11,542 bases of DNA from Gammaproteobacteria bacterium (GTDB taxonomy: Bacteria > Pseudomonadota > Gammaproteobacteria > JAHELT01): positions 1-11,542 of the forward strand of contig JAOTYY010000139.1 in assembly GCA_029861595.1 (NCBI GenBank), given 5' to 3'. Position 1 is the first letter of the stretch, and every line of letters begins with the position of its first letter. Below the pieces are notes generated by a model. It was not told the DNA's origin. It worked only from the letters and a program-made list of their open reading frames with translations, and did not search any database. Positions 6,580-11,542 of the stretch are shown here, one piece after another. The translations under genes and the position numbers were made by a program.

Positions 6580-7212
6580 ATGATGGGAATAGGCGCAAAA
6601 CTGCATTGTATTGTGGCGCTGCTGGCTGTCGGCACGGTCGGTTGTGCAACGCTGAACAAAGATGACTGTGTAAACGCCGATTGGCGCACTATCGGCTATC
6701 AGGACGGCGCGCTCGGCAAGGTCGCCGAAGTCATTGGCAACTACCGTGAGGATTGCGCCGAGCACGGCGTGAAGCCGGATCTAAATGCGTACCTGGCCGG
6801 ACGAGAGCAGGGCTTGCGGGAGTACTGTCGGGAGGCGAACGGATTTCGAATCGGTCACAGCGGTAAGATTTATCACGGTGTGTGTCCGGGAGATCTGGAG
6901 TACGCATTCAAAGTCGGCTACCGCGACGGTCGCGAAATCTACGAGCTAGCCGCTGACATCCGCAATACAGAACGCGATCTGCAGAAGAAAACACGATCGC
7001 TGGACACACTGGACGAGGAATTGTCACTCGCCGAGGCGGAATTGATCAGTGATGGCGTCGGCAGCGAGCGCCGCGCAGAGCTGCTGCTGCGGACGCGCGA
7101 ACTGGCGATCGATATCGGCACCTTACAGAACGATGTAAGGCGCATGGAATCCGACCTGTCGGTAAAGCGTGACAAACTACAGGCGCTGCGTGATTCCAGT
7201 CCCTACCTGTGA
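6580..7212 (+). CDS. Lipoprotein with three internal aromatic-x-x-G-[YH]-x-[DS]-G repeats (DUF2799-like) and C-terminal coiled-coil
   Basis: The signal peptide with lipobox is LLAVGTVGC. The repeats are DWRTIGYQDGALG, NGFRIGHSGKIYHGVC and AFKVGYRDGREIY. The C-terminus is heptad-rich (LDEELSLAEAEL...). The ATG at 6580 has GGGAG at 7-nt spacing. The track's start at 6472 adds a 36-aa leader with no SD. Confidence 0.6.
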   Translation: MMGIGAKLHCIVALLAVGTVGCATLNKDDCVNADWRTIGYQDGALGKVAEVIGNYREDCAEHGVKPDLNAYLAGREQGLREYCREANGFRIGHSGKIYHGVCPGDLEYAFKVGYRDGREIYELAADIRNTERDLQKKTRSLDTLDEELSLAEAELISDGVGSERRAELLLRTRELAIDIGTLQNDVRRMESDLSVKRDKLQALRDSSPYL

Positions 7213-7269
7213 CCTGGAGGTTATCACTGTGTAAGGTTCTGCAGTGTCGGGCGGTCTGGTCAGTTTTGC

Positions 7270-7548
7270 ATGAGCCCGGAACTGCGCAAGTATCTGCTTA
7301 TCGGAATGTTCGTATGCATGCTCGCCGCGGTGGCCTGCGAGTTGTCGAAATCGGGATTCAAGCTGACCAGCCGAAAAAAGCATATTGCGCTGTTCAAGAA
7401 CAAGGGGCAACGTGGTAAAGACTTCAGATCGGAGGTTGTGGTTCCCGGAATAGTGCTTGCGCTTGTGGTCTTGCTGGAGCAATGCGGCTACATTGGCCAG
7501 CGGCATTCGGGCTGCGCGAACGAGTGTCACGAAGAGTTTAGATTCTAA
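7270..7548 (+). CDS. Hypothetical small membrane protein (92 aa, two hydrophobic segments)
   Basis: It fills the gap between the lipoprotein and HDO genes on the same strand. There is no SD. A competing antisense ORF (7177..7632) looks non-coding. Confidence 0.2.
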   Translation: MSPELRKYLLIGMFVCMLAAVACELSKSGFKLTSRKKHIALFKNKGQRGKDFRSEVVVPGIVLALVVLLEQCGYIGQRHSGCANECHEEFRF

Positions 7549-7573
7549 TGGGCGGCAACCATGGGAATTCGCA

Positions 7574-8209
7574 ATGCAATATCTGACAACTGTTCGCAAG
7601 CGCGTCCTTGACGGCATTACCGCTACGCCCATCGTAGCCAGCGTGCTGTCTGGAGATGCCGACCCGCAGGCATATGCACGCTACTTGACCAACGTGTGGC
7701 ATTACGCGCAGCACAGTTCGACGGTGATCGGCCTGGCCGGCTCGCGGTGTGTAGCGCAGCATCCGTGTCTTGCCGAGTACCTGCTGCATCACGCCCAGGA
7801 AGAACTGGGTCACGAACGATGGGCGCTGGACGATCTCGCTGTGCTGGGAGTCACACCAGAAAGTGTGCGCGCATCCCGGCCAGTGATTTCCTGTGCCGCG
7901 ATGATCGGTTATGAATACTACGTGGCGGGCGTGGCGAACCCCGTTGGATTGTTCGGGTGGTTATATGTCCTGGAAGCCATGGGTGATGACCTGGGCGGGA
8001 TGGTAGCCAAGGCAATCGGCGGTGCGTTGCAACTGGACAGCGGATTGAAGTTTCTTGCGGGCCACGGCGAAGCGGATGTGGAACACACTCGAGATATAGT
8101 CGAGCAGATCGACAAGCACGTCGGTAACGAAGATCTGCCGGATGTGCATCACGTCGCCGATGTAGTGGCCGATCTTTATGTGCGAATGTTTCATGAACTG
8201 AGTGATTGA
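7574..8209 (+). CDS. Heme-oxygenase-like diiron oxidase/oxygenase (HDO) family protein
   Basis: Repeated E-x-x-H motifs sit on predicted helices (HAQEELGHERW, GHGEADVEHTRD), together with YVLEAMGDDL. This is typical of the HO-like fold of CADD/UndA/SznF/BesC-type enzymes. The ATG at 7574 has GGGAA at 6-nt spacing. The stop TGA overlaps the next gene's ATG (TGATG). Confidence 0.6.
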   Translation: MQYLTTVRKRVLDGITATPIVASVLSGDADPQAYARYLTNVWHYAQHSSTVIGLAGSRCVAQHPCLAEYLLHHAQEELGHERWALDDLAVLGVTPESVRASRPVISCAAMIGYEYYVAGVANPVGLFGWLYVLEAMGDDLGGMVAKAIGGALQLDSGLKFLAGHGEADVEHTRDIVEQIDKHVGNEDLPDVHHVADVVADLYVRMFHELSD

Positions 8210-9321
8210 TGCACAGCGTAAGGCGCATTGAAACGGAGTCGGGGCGGGCCAGCGTCTACGCGTTCCGTTATCGTATCTACGTCCAGGAGCTGGCAATGAC
8301 CAGCGAGGCCGATCACGAGCGCAGATGGTTGCGCGATGAATTCGATGACTATGCAACATCCTTTGCGGTTTTCGACGGTGAGGAGGTGGTCGGGTCGTTG
8401 CGTATGTTGTTTCTCGAAGATCTGCCGGATGTGACTGCGCTAGCGGACAAGTTCGAACTTGGTCCGGCAATCGAGGCGCTGGGCACCACGGCCATCGCCA
8501 CGACCAGTCGCTTCATCCTGGATTCCAGGTTACGGCATGGCAAGGTGATATTCCGTTTGATGCGTGCCGCGTTCGAGGCCGCTCGGCAACGGGGTGTGCG
8601 GCTGAACTACGGTGATTGCAGTCCGCATTTGTTGCCGTTCTACGAACATCTGGGCTACCGCCGCTACACCAAGGGTTATAACGACACCTTGTACGGTTAC
8701 AAGATCCCGATACTGATGCTGGTAGGTGATCAGGTGCAGTTCCAGGAAATGCGCTCGCCGCTTGCACGTCTCGCCATGCAAGACGAACATGACGCAGCGG
8801 CGCGCGATTGGTTTGCAGCCACCTATCCGGACTATGTTACGCTGACAAGTGCCGCGCACATCGAGGAGGGCACGTTCCTGGACCTGCTGGCTGAGCGTGT
8901 GGCGAGTGATCCGCTGCACAAAGTATCACTGTTGCAGGGATTGACGCGCGAGCAGGCGGACTCGTTTTTGTCGCAGTCGACGCTCATCGAACTGCAGGAA
9001 AACGACTACATCATTCGCGAGGGTGCGATCGACGAAACCCTTTACGTGTTGCTGCGCGGGCTTGCCGAAGTTCGTTTGCCGGGCGGGCAGGGACCGCCGC
9101 TGGCGGTGGTCGGCGAAGGCGATACGTTCGGAGAAATCGGGTTTCTGACTGCCGTGCCGCGTACCGCCGACGTGGTGGCTGTGAAATCAAGCCAGGTGCT
9201 CGTGCTGTCCAGCGAGTTTCTATCTCGATTTATCGCCAGCCAGGCCGATATCGGTGCGCGGGTACTGCTCAATCTGTCGCGGGAACTGGCTGGGCGACTG
9301 GCGGTGGCAAGCCGCCGGTAG
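8209..9321 (+). CDS. Fusion protein: LuxI/FeeM-like N-acyl (amino acid / homoserine-lactone-type) synthase domain plus C-terminal cyclic-nucleotide-binding (CAP-family) domain
   Basis: The N-terminus has RYRIYVQELA ... DEFDDYATSFAVFDGEEVVGSLRML, matching the autoinducer-synthase/GNAT-related fold. The C-terminus has the classic cNMP-binding signature GDTFGEIGFLTAVPRTADVVAV. The ATG at 8209 overlaps the HDO stop, giving translational coupling. The track's M at 8206 is TTG. Confidence 0.7.
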   Translation: MHSVRRIETESGRASVYAFRYRIYVQELAMTSEADHERRWLRDEFDDYATSFAVFDGEEVVGSLRMLFLEDLPDVTALADKFELGPAIEALGTTAIATTSRFILDSRLRHGKVIFRLMRAAFEAARQRGVRLNYGDCSPHLLPFYEHLGYRRYTKGYNDTLYGYKIPILMLVGDQVQFQEMRSPLARLAMQDEHDAAARDWFAATYPDYVTLTSAAHIEEGTFLDLLAERVASDPLHKVSLLQGLTREQADSFLSQSTLIELQENDYIIREGAIDETLYVLLRGLAEVRLPGGQGPPLAVVGEGDTFGEIGFLTAVPRTADVVAVKSSQVLVLSSEFLSRFIASQADIGARVLLNLSRELAGRLAVASRR

Positions 9322-9343
9322 CGAGGCCGGAACCGGTGCGGAA

Positions 9344-10128
9344 TCAGATGAACGTCAGCATCGCCTCGCGCTGTTCCGTCGACACGTGGAAGAATGTGCG
9401 TTGCCATTCTTTACGTTTATGTTCCAGGAAGATGTTTTTGCACTCTGTGCCCAGCGCTTGTTCGACAAGCGTGTCTTCCTCGAACGCCTCGAGTGCATGC
9501 AGCAGAGTGGGTGGCAGCGTACCGATGCCCGCGTCCTTGAGTGCTGTGCGCCCCATCTGATAGACATCGGTGTTTATCGGTTCGCCGGGATCGGCTTTGT
9601 CGCGTATGCCTTCCAGTCCTGCCGCCAGCGTAAGTGCAGCTGCAAGATACGGATTGCACGCGCTGTCCACCGCACGGTTTTCGACGCAGTAACGATTCAT
9701 CGGAAAGCGCAGCATCGCCGAGCGGTTGTTCCTGCCCCAGACCTCGAGGATCGGCGCCCAGGAAAAATCCGCCAGATCCCCTTGCGCTGTCAGGCCCTGG
9801 TAGGAATTGTAAGTGGGGCAGGTCAAGGCGGTGATAGCGCCAGCGTGCCGCAATACGCCGGCAGTGAAATGCAACGCTAGATCGGAACGCGGTACGGCGT
9901 ATTTTTCACTCAGCACACTGCCCTGGTTGGTATCCGGGGCGAACAGATTCTCGCCCGTTTCAGAATGAAATGCGCGCCGCCGCGAAAATCGTCGGCGAAC
10001 GGTTTTGGCATGAAACTGACGATAGCGCCGATCGATTGTGCTACCTGTTTCAGCATGAAGCGCAGAAAAATAAACCTGTCCGCCATGGTCAGCGCTGCGG
10101 CGTAACCGAAATCGAAACGGCGGTACAT
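9344..10128 (-). pseudogene. Glutamine synthetase (GlnA-family) catalytic-domain remnant: N-terminal ~200 aa absent, single-nucleotide frameshift near 9965
   Basis: Frame A (10128..9967) reads [50 protein letters not shown], matching the GS motif ATFMPKP-FGDNGSGMH. Frame B (from ~9966 to 9344) continues as [10 protein letters not shown] ... ALTCPTYNSYQGL ... SWAPILEVWGRNNRSAMLRFP, matching HQS..NLF and NPT.NSYKRL. An in-frame TAA lies immediately upstream of 10128. No GS N-terminal domain appears in any frame further upstream. Confidence 0.65.
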
Positions 10129-10338
10129 TTACGGGACAAGGCGCTAGCCAGATTCTGTCGAAAGAGCGTGTGCGCCGCCATCTCGAGTTGGTTACTCGAC
10201 GCCGCAGCGTGCGTTTGGGTGAGGCATGGATTTACGGCGTACCGGTTCGGTTTGAAGTTCTTATGCGCGGTAATCTGCGACCGTTCGGGTGCAGTTCGGA
10301 AATGCCGCTTAGCGGGGTGGGAGGTGCTCTGTTTGCCG

Positions 10339-10587
10339 TTATCCCTTTAGCTGATCCACGCTGATATCTAGACCGGCTGCGAGCTTCTCGATCGTATCGG
10401 CCTGAGCGGGCACGCTGGAGTCCTCGAGTTGCTGAATGTCCTGCTCGGAGACTCCGGACTTTTCCGCCAGTTCGGCGATCGTCAATCCGCGATAGCTGCG
10501 CCATGCTGCGGCGATGCTCAGCCCGTCGCGGGTCTGATACTCGATAACTTCCTGTGGAAACGTTACCGTTTGATCGAAATCACCCAT
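10339..10587 (-). CDS. XRE-family (Cro/C1-type) helix-turn-helix transcriptional regulator, 82 aa
   Basis: The HTH signature is LTIAELAEKSGVSEQDIQQLE ... TIEKLAAGLDISVDQL. The ATG at 10587 is preceded by AGGAG at 8-nt spacing. Confidence 0.7.
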   Translation of the reverse strand: MGDFDQTVTFPQEVIEYQTRDGLSIAAAWRSYRGLTIAELAEKSGVSEQDIQQLEDSSVPAQADTIEKLAAGLDISVDQLKG

Positions 10588-10798
10588 TTATGGCGCTCCT
10601 GTGTCACTCCTCTCCGGAATGTTACACGAATAATTGTGTTTTGAAGCATATGCGGGCCGATCCGCAAACCCGCAAGGCCTGTACCGGTCAGTCCGGCCGG
10701 CGCTTTCGTTGGCCAATCCTCGTGCTGCCCGGTAATCTTTCGTATTAAAGTACGGCGGCGAAATCGCGCTGCACACTGGCAAAGAGAATAATCACGTC

Positions 10799-11542
10799 AT
10801 GAACGGAGCGGAAGGGCTGGTTCGCACCCTGGTTGGGGCGGGCGTAGACGTTTGTTTTACCAACCCCGGTACATCGGAGATGCATTTCGTCGTCGCACTG
10901 GACAAAGTCGACGGCATGCGTTGCATTCTCGGGTTGTTCGAGGGTGTCGTAACGGGGGCTGCCGACGGCTACGCGCGCATGGCAGACAAACCGGCGGCAA
11001 CGTTGCTGCACCTGGGTCCGGGGCTTGGCAACGGCCTGGCGAATCTGCATAACGCCAGGAAAGCCAACTCACCGATAATCAACATCGTCGGCGAGCACGC
11101 CACGTACCACATCGAGCACGACGCGCCGCTCACGGCGGACATCGAAGGGATCGCACGGCCTGTCTCGCATTGGGTTCGCACGGCCCGCTCGTCGGAATCG
11201 GTTGCCAGCGACGCTGCTCTGGCCATCCAGGCAGCTCAGGACCCTCCGGGCCATATAGCCACGTTGATACTGCCGGCGGACACGGCGTGGCGGGAAAGCC
11301 CGGGTGCCGCGCAAGTGGCCGCGCCTGCGAAACGGCAGCGAACGACGCAAGAAGCTATCGACAACGCGGTGCAAGTGCTGCGTTCCGGAGAACCCGCCCT
11401 GATGCTTCTAGCAGGCCCGGCCTTACGTGAATCGGCATTGCATATCGCCGGAGGAATCGCTGCTGCTACAGGCGCCGGCCTCATGGCACAGCTTGCCAAT
11501 GCTCGCCTGCAGCGCGGTGCAGGGCGCGTGGCGGTGAAGCGC
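10799..11542 (+). CDS. Thiamine-pyrophosphate-dependent enzyme, acetolactate-synthase-large-subunit-like, 3'-partial (N-terminal 248 aa)
   Basis: Open frame from the ATG at 10799 to the window end. The N-terminal TPP-enzyme Pyr domain pattern is present: LVRTLVGAGVDVCFTNPGTSEMHFVVAL ... GPGLGNGLANLHNARKANSPIINIVGEH. It is not in the ORF track because no stop falls within the window. Confidence 0.75.
   Translation, partial: MNGAEGLVRTLVGAGVDVCFTNPGTSEMHFVVALDKVDGMRCILGLFEGVVTGAADGYARMADKPAATLLHLGPGLGNGLANLHNARKANSPIINIVGEHATYHIEHDAPLTADIEGIARPVSHWVRTARSSESVASDAALAIQAAQDPPGHIATLILPADTAWRESPGAAQVAAPAKRQRTTQEAIDNAVQVLRSGEPALMLLAGPALRESALHIAGGIAAATGAGLMAQLANARLQRGAGRVAVKR

Noticed and set aside
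7177-7632. 151-aa minus-strand ORF spanning the lipoprotein-HDO intergenic region
   Set aside because: It has no SD and no motifs. It overlaps the plus-strand HDO start and the small membrane ORF. It is probably a GC-rich spurious frame.
9254-9880. 208-aa plus-strand ORF antisense to the glutamine-synthetase remnant
   Set aside because: The opposite strand has clear GS catalytic-domain motifs. This frame is Arg/Cys-rich with no recognisable domain.
10588-10798. Imperfect palindrome cacgaataattgtg in the XRE-regulator / TPP-enzyme divergent promoter region
   Set aside because: Only 5 of 7 positions are symmetric. It is a plausible autoregulatory operator, but the evidence is too weak to call.
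1-11542. CRISPR arrays, rRNA, transposase/integrase genes
   Set aside because: No CRISPR-like spacing of direct repeats at 28-37 bp, no rRNA-like conserved stretches and no ORF with transposase or integrase motifs were seen. The accessory character of the middle zone rests only on the tRNA-like array, the IRs and the gene remnants.

Overview
This is a GC-rich (~60%) window that looks like proteobacterial chromosome, with three zones. (1) Bases 1-4354 carry ordinary housekeeping and sensory genes: the 3' end of a periplasmic Cache/PDC-like sensor protein, a complete methyl-accepting chemotaxis protein, a convergent SPFH/band-7 protein, and a divergent PhyH/EctD-like Fe(II)/2-oxoglutarate dioxygenase. 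(2) Bases ~4355-6470 have no long ORF but are densely structured. On the minus strand there is an array of at least five tRNA-like sequences: Thr-CGT-like, Trp-CCA-like, Phe-GAA-like and two of unclear identity, plus a 3' fragment. Each keeps a canonical T-arm/D-arm but has non-canonical acceptor or anticodon features. The zone also holds a well-formed small DUF1127 gene with its own SD and rho-independent terminator, a 13-bp inverted-repeat pair bracketing ~237 bp, and a strong bidirectional terminator. (3) Bases 6470-11542 encode a DUF2799-like repeat lipoprotein. After it comes a translationally coupled pair: a heme-oxygenase-like diiron oxidase (HDO) followed by a LuxI/FeeM-like N-acyl synthase domain fused to a cyclic-nucleotide-binding domain. 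This is the most interesting candidate system in the window. Beyond it lie a 5'-truncated, frameshifted glutamine-synthetase remnant downstream of an XRE-family HTH regulator, and the start of a TPP-dependent (acetolactate-synthase-like) enzyme. No CRISPR array, rRNA or clear transposase is present.
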